A DNA stretch of 64,000 nucleotides from Candidatus Omnitrophota bacterium (GTDB lineage: Bacteria; Omnitrophota; Gorgyraeia; JABMRN01; RBG-13-46-9): assembly GCA_013203315.1 (NCBI GenBank), contig JABMQJ010000029.1, forward strand, positions 635-64,634, written 5' to 3'. The translations under genes were made by a program, and so were the position numbers. This document shows, in pieces, positions 29,027 to 36,903 of this stretch (the stretch's first letter is position 1; each line of letters begins with the position of its first letter). The notes beneath the pieces are model-generated. The model had not been told where the DNA came from, made no database searches, and worked only from the letters and a program-made list of their open reading frames with translations.

Positions 29027-30262
29027 TTGTCAAAAAAGGAAAATTTAACCAATTTTGCTAAGGCTGGGTACCAGAAACAGGGAACAAGGCAAACGGTAAA
29101 TAACTTTCTAGTCATTATAACCGTCGCATTTATTGTCCATATGATACCTGTTTTGCTAGGTGCCGATTCCGCGGATATTTTGCTTTATAAAATACAAGCC
29201 TATCCCATACTTAAAGGGCTAAATATATATAGCGTTACTCACAAAATATTTCCCTATTCGCCTGTATCAATGTTTATTCCGGCTTTATGTGCCAAGATAT
29301 CTTTCTGGCTAAATATCCCGTTTTACATAATTATGAAAATTCCTGCTGTGTTGGGAGATGTTTTCACAGCTGGAGCACTCTATTTGATATTCTCAAAGCT
29401 AGATCCAAAAAATAGCTATTTTTTGGGATTATTTTATGCTTTAAATCCGCTTTCTCTATTGATAGGTTCTTTTCATGGGAATATGATGTCAGTTCCTACG
29501 CTATTTATGTTCCTTTCTTATGTGGTTTTACTTTATGGCGTAGAGAGTAATTACAGATTGTCGGCCTTATTGCTGGGACTGGCGATCGGTTTTAGAGGAT
29601 TCCCTGTTCTACTATTGCCGCTATTTTTGATCAAGTTGCCATTACCCCTAAAAAAGCGGGTGGAGTATTTAATATATGCAACAATTCCCACCGCTTTATC
29701 TTTTGTGCCGTTTCTTTTATTAGATTATAGATCTGTTCTTAAAGAAGTCTTCGCTTACAGCGGTTGGGCAGATTATGGTTTTCTAGCTATATTAAGGGGG
29801 ATATTGTCTATTAAAGTAGGAATTTTGGCATATGGTTTGCCTGGCAACCTTCAGGTCATCCTTACAAGTATCACAAAAAAGTTTTTCTTTATAATGTACT
29901 TTATAATCATTTTAGGATTTAGAAAAAAGAGATTAATAGACTTAATTGTTGCTGTTTTTCTCATTTTTTATTTTATATATGCGAGTGTAGCTTCTCAATA
30001 TTTTCTCTGGATCTTGCCATTTATTTTCTTGACCAAGGATCGTTTACTTAAATTTTATCTGATTATATGTTCGCTGGCTCTTATAGGTTTTTATTATCTA
30101 TATCATCCACAGATACTTTTTGGTAGATTTGATGTTGTTAAACTGCCATTAAAAACTCTTCTCTTTAATGAAGTTGTGTGGATGACTGCCCTGTGGCTGT
30201 TATGTGGTTTTTGGATTTTATGTTTGATATTTAGAAAAAGGGAAAATGAAATCTTTATTTAA
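29027..30262 (+). CDS. Polytopic membrane protein, GT-C/DUF2029-like putative glycosyltransferase
   Basis: TTG start. Eleven or more TM segments with loop residues resembling PIG-M/GT87-type mannosyltransferases. Assignment is weak. Confidence 0.4.
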   Translation: MSKKENLTNFAKAGYQKQGTRQTVNNFLVIITVAFIVHMIPVLLGADSADILLYKIQAYPILKGLNIYSVTHKIFPYSPVSMFIPALCAKISFWLNIPFYIIMKIPAVLGDVFTAGALYLIFSKLDPKNSYFLGLFYALNPLSLLIGSFHGNMMSVPTLFMFLSYVVLLYGVESNYRLSALLLGLAIGFRGFPVLLLPLFLIKLPLPLKKRVEYLIYATIPTALSFVPFLLLDYRSVLKEVFAYSGWADYGFLAILRGILSIKVGILAYGLPGNLQVILTSITKKFFFIMYFIIILGFRKKRLIDLIVAVFLIFYFIYASVASQYFLWILPFIFLTKDRLLKFYLIICSLALIGFYYLYHPQILFGRFDVVKLPLKTLLFNEVVWMTALWLLCGFWILCLIFRKRENEIFI

Positions 30263-30389
30263 ACTAAGGCTATCAGAAAAGATTGTAATAGGCTATTTTA
30301 TCCTGTTATATATTTGGGAAATTATTTATATCTTGAATATGAAAAAGTAATAATGCTAAACTGCAAGTCATTAGAAAAAAGAGCTGAAG

Positions 30390-30491
30390 ATGGAATTGTT
30401 TACTGATTCCACTGTTTCCGAGAAGCGTGACATGTTCCACTTTGTTGTCTTTCCGTGCAACGCGGGCAGCTCTGCGGCACAGAATGACTAA
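30390..30491 (+). CDS. Hypothetical 33-aa peptide (MELFTDSTVSEKRDMFHFVVFPCNAGSSAAQND) upstream of the radical SAM gene
   Basis: Short ORF in a locally GC-richer patch, with a weak SD. Speculative. Confidence 0.2.
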   Translation: MELFTDSTVSEKRDMFHFVVFPCNAGSSAAQND

Positions 30492-30580
30492 TACCCACCA
30501 CTCTATTATTCCAAAACCATTTATGCTATACTATAAATAATATTATTATACAAATAGCTGTAAAAAGGCTAGGTGGAGCA

Positions 30581-31999
30581 ATGCGAATTGCATTCGTGCA
30601 GAACTTGGCAGTTGAATATATGGGGGTTATGTATCTTTCCGCGGCACTGAAAGAAAACTCCCACAAAACTGAAATATTTATAGACAACGGAAACAGAAAG
30701 ATGTTCCGTGAAATCAAAGATTACAACCCGCATTTAATTGCTTTTTCCTGCACAACGGGATTGCATGAGTGGTGTTTGAATGTGGCAAGAGAGCTAAAAA
30801 AAATAGTCCCGGCAAAGGTTATTCTCGGTGGTTCCCACCCGACTTTTTTTCCAGAAGTAATAGAATCAGAGTTTGTAGACATAATATGCAGGGGGGAAGG
30901 GGATGGCGCTATTTTAGATTTAGCCAACAAAATGGAGGGTAAGAGTGATTATACGAAAACGCCGAATCTCTGGGTTTCGGTATCCGGAAAGATTATAAAA
31001 AACGACGTTCGCCCGTTGATAAAGAATCTCGACCTGTTACCTTTTCCAGATAGACAACTATACGAAGGTAAGTATCCTTACCTGAAAACCAGTCAGAAAG
31101 GAATCTTTACGGGCAGGGGATGCCCATTTAGCTGCTCCTACTGCTTTAATGATACCCTGAGGAATATCTATCGAGGAAAGGGGCAATACGTTAGAAAAAG
31201 GAGCGTTGACAATGTTATCGAGGAAATAGAACTATTGAGAAAAGAAGGCAAGGTAGAAACGGTCTATTTCGAGGATGACGTTTTTTTGATTGGCAGGGAA
31301 TGGTTTGAAGAATTCGCGGTGAAATACAGGCATAAAGTTAATATTCCGTATATTTGCCTTTTGAGGGTAGAAAGCATCAACGAACAAATTGTAAAAATGC
31401 TGAAAGAATCAAATTGCAGAAACGTATTTTTTGGCGTAGAAACCGGGTCCGAAGAGATAAGATTTAGATTGCTCAAGAGACGTATGACCGACAGGCAGAT
31501 TGTGGCCGCCGCCGCCCTTCTTAAGAAATACAATATAGGTTTTCGCACATACAATATTTTGGGGTTGCCCGAAGAGACAATAGAGGACGCGTTCAAAACA
31601 GTCCATCTCAACACTAGTATAGGGACGGATTATCCCTGGTGTTCGCTGCTTTATCCGTACCCCGGAACGGAAATTAATACGTATGCCCTTAAGCGTAACC
31701 TTATTTCAGATAAGGCCGACGACAGGAGTCATATATCTTTCTTCAAAAGCAGCGTGATAAAATTGGATAATAAAAATGAATTGGAGAACCTACAGAAATT
31801 ATTTTTTTATGCCGTAAAATTTCCAAGACTCGAGGGCATAATAAGAAAGCTTATAAAGATAAAACCAAACTTTATATTTAGTATCCTGTTTCTGCTAAGT
31901 TACGGGTGGTGTTCCTGGAAGAGCGAAAACCATAAAATCTCCGAAATAATTGTTCGGGGAATTAAGAATATATTTAAGTTATATTTTAAATCTAGTTGA
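30581..31999 (+). CDS. B12-binding domain radical SAM protein
   Basis: N-terminal cobalamin-binding region (HLIAFSCTT...ILGGSHPTFFP) followed by a radical SAM CxxxCxxC motif (GRGCPFSCSYCFN). Confidence 0.8.
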   Translation: MRIAFVQNLAVEYMGVMYLSAALKENSHKTEIFIDNGNRKMFREIKDYNPHLIAFSCTTGLHEWCLNVARELKKIVPAKVILGGSHPTFFPEVIESEFVDIICRGEGDGAILDLANKMEGKSDYTKTPNLWVSVSGKIIKNDVRPLIKNLDLLPFPDRQLYEGKYPYLKTSQKGIFTGRGCPFSCSYCFNDTLRNIYRGKGQYVRKRSVDNVIEEIELLRKEGKVETVYFEDDVFLIGREWFEEFAVKYRHKVNIPYICLLRVESINEQIVKMLKESNCRNVFFGVETGSEEIRFRLLKRRMTDRQIVAAAALLKKYNIGFRTYNILGLPEETIEDAFKTVHLNTSIGTDYPWCSLLYPYPGTEINTYALKRNLISDKADDRSHISFFKSSVIKLDNKNELENLQKLFFYAVKFPRLEGIIRKLIKIKPNFIFSILFLLSYGWCSWKSENHKISEIIVRGIKNIFKLYFKSS

Positions 32000-32026
32000 T
32001 TACTGAGAAACGGTTATGAAGCTAAA

Positions 32027-32149
32027 ATGATGAGAAATATTTTTAGGTTTTTTGAACCATCGCTTTGTCCCGCTCTCTATATAGATGATAATATAGAAAA
32101 GAAGATGCTTATCAAGCCGAAGCTATTATCGGTCAACCGGAATTCATAA
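32027..32149 (+). pseudogene. Remnant of the 5' end of a GT9 heptosyltransferase gene
   Basis: MMRNIFRFFEPSLCPALYIDDNIEKKMLIKPKLLSVNRNS* aligns with residues 6-45 of the intact GT9 (LMRNLDELLGPSICFIFHIYNCVRKLFIKPKLLPVNK). IKPKLLxVN is identical and the matching nucleotide stretch is ~80% identical. Confidence 0.5.
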
Positions 32150-32186
32150 TGTTATTCTAGTCTGGTTGGCTTTGTCAGGTTACAAG

Positions 32187-33722
32187 TTACCCAATCCAAA
32201 AATCCCTGTCCAAACTCCTGTATGATATTGCCTCCGAGATATGGCCTGCCTCGATGGTTTCTTTTTCATCGAGATCCGCGATGGTTCGGGCTACTTTCAG
32301 TATCTTATCGTATGCCCTCGCTGATATGCCGAGTTCCAGGATCGCCATCTTAAGCAGTTCTTCGCCTTCTTTATCGAGTACGCAGTATTTCTCAAGGTGC
32401 CTTGACTCGAGGTGCGCGTTAAAAAGGACCGAATTGGCCCTGTAGCGCTTCATCTGAATTTTTCGCGTTTTATTGACGCGCTTGCGTATTGCTTCGGATG
32501 TGTCGCCTTTTCTTCTCTGCGAGAGTTCTTCATAGTTTAGCCGGGGAACATTAAGATGTATATCAATTCTGTCGAGCAACGGCCCGGAAATTTTACCTAA
32601 ATAACGCTGTATCTGATACGGTGTGCAGTGACACTCCCGCTTTGGGTCGGTAAAGTTCCCACACGGGCAGGGATTCATGGCTGCTACGAGCATGAAGCGT
32701 GAGGGGTATTCACTATTTCCCTGGATTCTTGAGATCCGTATCGTGCCGTTTTCGATTGGCTGGCGGAGGAGTTCGAGGACGTTTCGTTTGAATTCCGGTA
32801 ACTCGTCAAGGAAAAGGACCCCGTTGTGTGCGAGGCTTATCTCGCCTGGCACAGGGGTTGTGCCGCCTCCTACCAGCGCTGCGTCGGAAATTGAATGATG
32901 GGGGTCCCTGAAGGGCCTGTGCAAGATAAGGCCTTTGTGCGGTGAAAGAAATCCTGCTACACTGTGGATTTTTGATGTTTCAAGGATTTCGTCGATAGAC
33001 ATTTCGGAAAGTATAGTAGGAACTCTTTTGGCTAACATGCTTTTACCGGAACCCGGAGGGCCTATAAGCAGTATGTTGTGCCCGCCTGACGAGGCGACTT
33101 CCAAACCTCTTTTTACATGCTCTTGGCCTTTGACATCGGTGAAGTCTCTTTTATGTTTATGCTTAAATCCCACTCTTAAAATGGGATGTCCATTTTGAGG
33201 ATCCATTTCCAGCTTGCCGTTTAAGAAATTTACGACGTCATTAAGAATTCCGAAGGTATAGATCTCCATGGTGTTCACGTTTTGCACTTCTAGTAAATTC
33301 TTTTTTGGTAGAATAAGTTTTTTAATACCTTCTTTCTTTAGCCCGAGAGATATCGGCAAAGCCCCTCTTATCTCCTTAAGATAGCCTTCCAATGACAATT
33401 CCCCGCAAAATGCAAATTCCAGAAGCCTCTCCTGATCTATAATTCCAAGAGCACAAAGTATGGCAAGGGCTATGGGCAAATCGAAGGCCGATCCTGTTTT
33501 TTTAATGTTAGCAGGAGCAAGATTTACGGTTATCTTTCCTTTGGGGAAGAGATGCCCCGAATTTTTTATGGCAAACTTTATCCGATCCCTGGACTCTCTT
33601 ATCGCGGTATCCGGTAGCCCTATTATGTTGAATACACGTAGCCCATCAGCTATGTCAGCTTCTACCTCAACCTTGTAAGCATCTAATCCTATTATTGTGC
33701 ATGATATACATTTCCCGATCAT
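32187..33722 (-). CDS. comM: Mg-chelatase-like AAA+ ATPase YifB/ComM
   Basis: N-terminal Lon-like domain (GLPDTAIRESRDRIKFAI), Walker A LLIGPPGSGKSMLA, C-terminal Mg-chelatase-type domain. Confidence 0.85.
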   Translation of the reverse strand: MIGKCISCTIIGLDAYKVEVEADIADGLRVFNIIGLPDTAIRESRDRIKFAIKNSGHLFPKGKITVNLAPANIKKTGSAFDLPIALAILCALGIIDQERLLEFAFCGELSLEGYLKEIRGALPISLGLKKEGIKKLILPKKNLLEVQNVNTMEIYTFGILNDVVNFLNGKLEMDPQNGHPILRVGFKHKHKRDFTDVKGQEHVKRGLEVASSGGHNILLIGPPGSGKSMLAKRVPTILSEMSIDEILETSKIHSVAGFLSPHKGLILHRPFRDPHHSISDAALVGGGTTPVPGEISLAHNGVLFLDELPEFKRNVLELLRQPIENGTIRISRIQGNSEYPSRFMLVAAMNPCPCGNFTDPKRECHCTPYQIQRYLGKISGPLLDRIDIHLNVPRLNYEELSQRRKGDTSEAIRKRVNKTRKIQMKRYRANSVLFNAHLESRHLEKYCVLDKEGEELLKMAILELGISARAYDKILKVARTIADLDEKETIEAGHISEAISYRSLDRDFWIG

Positions 33723-33725
33723 TTT

Positions 33726-34112
33726 TCACCTCTGGTATTCTTCAATTGCATCTTCAAAATGCTCTATTCTCACTTTTTTGATGAACCAAAAGATGCGTTT
33801 CATCTCTATCGAAACAACATCAATCTGCCATTTGACGCTTGAAATATTTTTCATTTTTAAATAACACGAAGCACATTGTATAAGTTTTCTTTTCTTTTTC
33901 TCCGTTATGGATTGATGCGGCGGCCCAAATGAAGAAGAGCGTCTTGTTTTCACTTCTACAAAAATAAAAGAACCATCTTTTTTTGCTATAAGGTCAAGTT
34001 CTCCAACAAACGTTTTGATGTTTTTACCTATTATCTTATATCCTTTACGGGAGAGAAACCGCGCCGCGATATCTTCGCCTACTTTACCTAAAGCACGGTT
34101 TCTCATACCCAT
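33726..34112 (-). CDS. YraN family (UPF0102) endonuclease
   Basis: GEDIAARFLSRKGYKII...GELDLIAKKDGSFIFVEVKTR is a PD-(D/E)xK-like motif typical of the YraN family. Confidence 0.75.
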   Translation of the reverse strand: MGMRNRALGKVGEDIAARFLSRKGYKIIGKNIKTFVGELDLIAKKDGSFIFVEVKTRRSSSFGPPHQSITEKKKRKLIQCASCYLKMKNISSVKWQIDVVSIEMKRIFWFIKKVRIEHFEDAIEEYQR

Positions 34113-34124
34113 TTTTTACACCGC

Positions 34125-34412
34125 CTACTCGCTTTCCCCCCGGGCCTCGTAAGCCTGGAGCACGGTTTCAGATATGTATTCCTTGATTTCGTTTGTCGCA
34201 GGCAGGAACACATTAAACCACTTACCTTGTTTGCTTTGCTGCTGCGGCATGCCGACAAACATGCCCTTCTCGCCTTCAACGATCCTGAATCCTTTAACCA
34301 GAAAAAGATCCCCGAAAGCGAGGTCACAGAAAGCCTTTAACTTGCTTTCACCTTCGAGCTTGGTCATTCGGTCAACTTTCAAATTTAGAACTTCGCTAAC
34401 CATTTTTTTCAC
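34125..34412 (-). CDS. spoVG: SpoVG family protein
   Basis: Conserved ...FGDLFLVKGFRIVEGEKGMFVGMPQQQSKQGKWFNVFLPATNEIKEYISETVLQAY. The true start is probably the ATG 9 nt downstream of the GTG (MVSEVLN...), given the adjacent GGAGG. Confidence 0.8.
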   Translation of the reverse strand: MKKMVSEVLNLKVDRMTKLEGESKLKAFCDLAFGDLFLVKGFRIVEGEKGMFVGMPQQQSKQGKWFNVFLPATNEIKEYISETVLQAYEARGESE

Positions 34413-34419
34413 CTCCCTT

Positions 34420-34458
34420 CATATATATAGACAATCGAAAGACGGATTTTACTGCATG
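34420..34458 (-). promoter_or_regulatory. Conserved upstream motif, copy A, directly 5' of the spoVG SD (minus-strand reading ATGCAGTAAAATCCGTCTTTCGATTGTCTATATATATGA)
   Basis: Shares ATGCAGnAAAATC-N11-TTGTCTATATATATG-AGGG with copy B at 35556-35594. Confidence 0.45.
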
Positions 34459-34559
34459 TATTTTCGAATTTTTTTTAAATAAAAGAATTGTAATAGTTCT
34501 GTATCAGGGGTTTACACGGGGAATACGGAGTGCTATAATATACTTATTCGGGAGGAAGT

Positions 34560-34826
34560 ATGACGCAGAAAATCGCGCTTATAGCAGCAATTGTATTACC
34601 GTTCTGGAATATACCGCTTATCGTCAGGATCATTAAAAGGAAATCCTCCGACGACATAAGTATATTATGGGTGCTGGGCGTATGGACGTGTTTTTTACTC
34701 ATGGCACCGGAAGGATTCCGTTCTCCTGACCCGGTTTGGCGGACATTTAATATAGTTAATATGGTGCTTTTCAGCGCTGTTGTCATTACGGTATTAGCGT
34801 ATAAAAGAAAAGGCAAAAAGAAGTAG
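34560..34826 (+). CDS. Small 3-TM membrane protein, possibly lipid-A-disaccharide synthase N-terminal (LAB_N)-like
   Basis: Strong GGGAGGAAG SD. Has RIIKRKSSDDISILW...SPDPVW pattern. LAB_N assignment is tentative and from memory. Confidence 0.4.
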   Translation: MTQKIALIAAIVLPFWNIPLIVRIIKRKSSDDISILWVLGVWTCFLLMAPEGFRSPDPVWRTFNIVNMVLFSAVVITVLAYKRKGKKK

Positions 34827-34852
34827 ATACAAAAAGAGGAGCTTGTTTTTAA

Positions 34853-35116
34853 GTGAAGCTATCTAAGCAGCTTATAGTGTTTTGGGTTACGCTTGGCCTT
34901 ATCGTGGTATTTTTGGGGCTGGAAAGGGAAGGCTCCGTCTCATCGGATATTAACAAAACCCCGACACTTTTCCCGCTTACTTTTTACGGATTAAGTCTTT
35001 ATAGCCCGGGCACGGATAAAACTATGCCAATCGAGCCCTGGGAAGAAAACGAAGAAGAACCAAAAGACCTTTTAAATTTTCCCGATGTCCGCATAGAGGA
35101 GAGCTGGGGCATTTAG
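34853..35116 (+). CDS. Small membrane/secreted hypothetical protein
   Basis: GTG start with AGAGGAG SD. N-terminal hydrophobic segment and an acidic C-terminus. Confidence 0.35.
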   Translation: MKLSKQLIVFWVTLGLIVVFLGLEREGSVSSDINKTPTLFPLTFYGLSLYSPGTDKTMPIEPWEENEEEPKDLLNFPDVRIEESWGI

Positions 35117-35544
35117 CGGCTGAAACGGTCGTCCAAGCCTCCTAAAACCTTAGAAGCTTCTTTTTCCCCGCCTTGTTTCCACGCATCATAAATCATTATA
35201 AGGATACGCGCGTTTACGCTGTCAAATATCCACTTCGTCCCCATAAGGATTGTGGCAACGAGGAGTTGTATAAAATAACGTGGCACTAAGAACGAAAGAG
35301 TAAAGGTTAGTATGCTTGCGAATAACCAGAGATTTTTCTTCCACATAGATTTCATGGATTTTTCTCCTTTATATTTTTTCCCGGAAAATTCTTCGACTGT
35401 TTTATAGGCAAACGCCAATTTTTCCAGACAATCACCGCAGTCTTTCAGGTGATTTTCTATCCCCGCTTTTTTTTCTTCCGAAACTGCCCCATTTAAGTAG
35501 TCATTTATTTCAACATCACGCAGGCATGTACCGAGATTTTTCAT
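35113..35544 (-). CDS. Anti-sigma factor, zinc-binding (ZAS-like HxxxCxxC) with one TM segment
   Basis: ORF track 35113..35571. ATG at 35544 has a GGAGGGG SD. Contains HLKDCGDCLEK and a TM segment LWLFASILTFTLSFLV. Lies immediately downstream of the ECF sigma gene. Confidence 0.6.
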   Translation of the reverse strand: MKNLGTCLRDVEINDYLNGAVSEEKKAGIENHLKDCGDCLEKLAFAYKTVEEFSGKKYKGEKSMKSMWKKNLWLFASILTFTLSFLVPRYFIQLLVATILMGTKWIFDSVNARILIMIYDAWKQGGEKEASKVLGGLDDRFSR

Positions 35545-35555
35545 GTTAGGCCCCT

Positions 35556-35594
35556 CCATATATATAGACAACGGAAAATGCGATTTTGCTGCAT
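35556..35594 (-). promoter_or_regulatory. Conserved upstream motif, copy B, between the sigma stop and the anti-sigma SD
   Basis: Minus-strand reading ATGCAGCAAAATCGCATTTTCCGTTGTCTATATATATGG. It abuts the sigma TGA stop codon. Confidence 0.45.
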
Positions 35595-36166
35595 CATTTT
35601 TTAAAATATTTTATTTTTGCCCTCATTCGTGTAACTGCCGATGACACGGTACCGACGGGGACGCGTATGATTTTAGCGATACCTTCTAAACCAACACCTT
35701 TCTTAAAAAAAAGATCGAAAATAATTTTTTCTTTCGAGGAAAGACGATTACAAAACTGTTCTATTTCTTTACGGGCATCCAGGGTACTGCCAATATTTTG
35801 CGCGGAACCCGGGGCCTGTAACTTCTCAAAAAACAACTCGTCAGTAACAAGGACCTCTTTTTGAAAGGCCTTTAAATGATTAATGGTCGCGTTTCTGGCG
35901 GTAACCACAAGCCAGTAGTCTATGCTATCCCGATTTGTTACCTCAGCCAGCTTGTTTTTACCCCAAAGAGTGGTCATTATGCTTTGGTATATGTCCTTGG
36001 TGTCTTCTTGGGCCCTGCGAAAATCAACGGAATATTTTGACAACGCTTTTTTTATCGAAAATGTAATAATGGGTGAAAATCTTTTGATAAATTCTGCCCA
36101 CGCCAGGCCGTCCTGCCCAACGCATTTTTCGATTAATGAAGAAGTTGCGAGATCCTTATATTTCAT
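35594..36166 (-). CDS. ECF-type RNA polymerase sigma-70 family factor
   Basis: Region 2 (LVVTARNATINHLKA) and region 4 HTH (GLEGIAKIIRVPVGTVSSAVTRMRAKIK). About 190 aa. Confidence 0.8.
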   Translation of the reverse strand: MKYKDLATSSLIEKCVGQDGLAWAEFIKRFSPIITFSIKKALSKYSVDFRRAQEDTKDIYQSIMTTLWGKNKLAEVTNRDSIDYWLVVTARNATINHLKAFQKEVLVTDELFFEKLQAPGSAQNIGSTLDARKEIEQFCNRLSSKEKIIFDLFFKKGVGLEGIAKIIRVPVGTVSSAVTRMRAKIKYFKK

Positions 36167-36174
36167 GATAAGCG

Positions 36175-36897
36175 CTAGGTTAACTTTTTTACGGCGTCTT
36201 TTTGCGTTAAAACCGTTATGCCTTTTGACATGATATAATCGATATGTTTTTTGAAATCATCTATGTGCGTGAAGAATCTGTAAGGCTTTGGCCTATGCGC
36301 GCTTCGGGTATTTTTTTTACCTACCAGATGAAACACTTCTATTAACCAGAGATTTTCTTTCCGAGCGTAATCAACTAATTTTTCCAGAAACGGGAGAGAA
36401 TGTTTTTTCATGATGGCGAAGCCCCCGACGGCGTAAGGATCTTTTAAAGGGATTTTGTTGAAACTTGGCGTATTAGAAGTTATCCGCGCAGATTTATAGT
36501 AAAGACTTGTTTTTAATCGGAGCGACTTTGTTTGATTTTTATTTATGTACGGAAACACAAAAGAATCCACGCGGTAGTTTAAAAGACGCCCAAGTTTTGT
36601 TTTGGAACCACCAAGCTCCGTGGCCACCGCTTTTTTATCTTTTGCGGCCAGGCGAAAAAGGTTGGGATGGCCGAGGGTATGGGAAGCGACTTCGTGGCCC
36701 GACTTGATAATGTTTTTAAGTTCCTTTACCCCGGCAACGGGACGATTTTCAAATCTTTTTCCCACGTATAATGCCGGCACCGCGATAGTAGATTTAATTT
36801 TTAACTTATCAAGATACTTTATCGCATACCTATATGTATCCAGATACGCATCATCGAAGGCAATGGTAATAACGCCTTTTCCGGTTGGCTTTCGCAT
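36175..36897 (-). CDS. Polysaccharide deacetylase (NodB homology domain)
   Basis: TIAFDDAYLDTY...HEVASHTLGHPNL motifs. First gene of the sigma/anti-sigma operon. Confidence 0.75.
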   Translation of the reverse strand: MRKPTGKGVITIAFDDAYLDTYRYAIKYLDKLKIKSTIAVPALYVGKRFENRPVAGVKELKNIIKSGHEVASHTLGHPNLFRLAAKDKKAVATELGGSKTKLGRLLNYRVDSFVFPYINKNQTKSLRLKTSLYYKSARITSNTPSFNKIPLKDPYAVGGFAIMKKHSLPFLEKLVDYARKENLWLIEVFHLVGKKNTRSAHRPKPYRFFTHIDDFKKHIDYIMSKGITVLTQKDAVKKLT

Positions 36898-36903
36898 GTC
36901 ATA

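Noticed and set aside
30263-30580. The small ORF 30390-30491 as a confident RiPP precursor
   Set aside because: No leader or core features, weak SD, single occurrence. Kept only as a low-confidence finding, not as an annotated peptide gene.
34413-35600. Interpreting the shared upstream motif as a sigma-54 (-24/-12) or CtsR operator
   Set aside because: No GG-N10-GC spacing is present and no GGTCAAA heptad repeats. I kept it only as an unclassified conserved cis-element.
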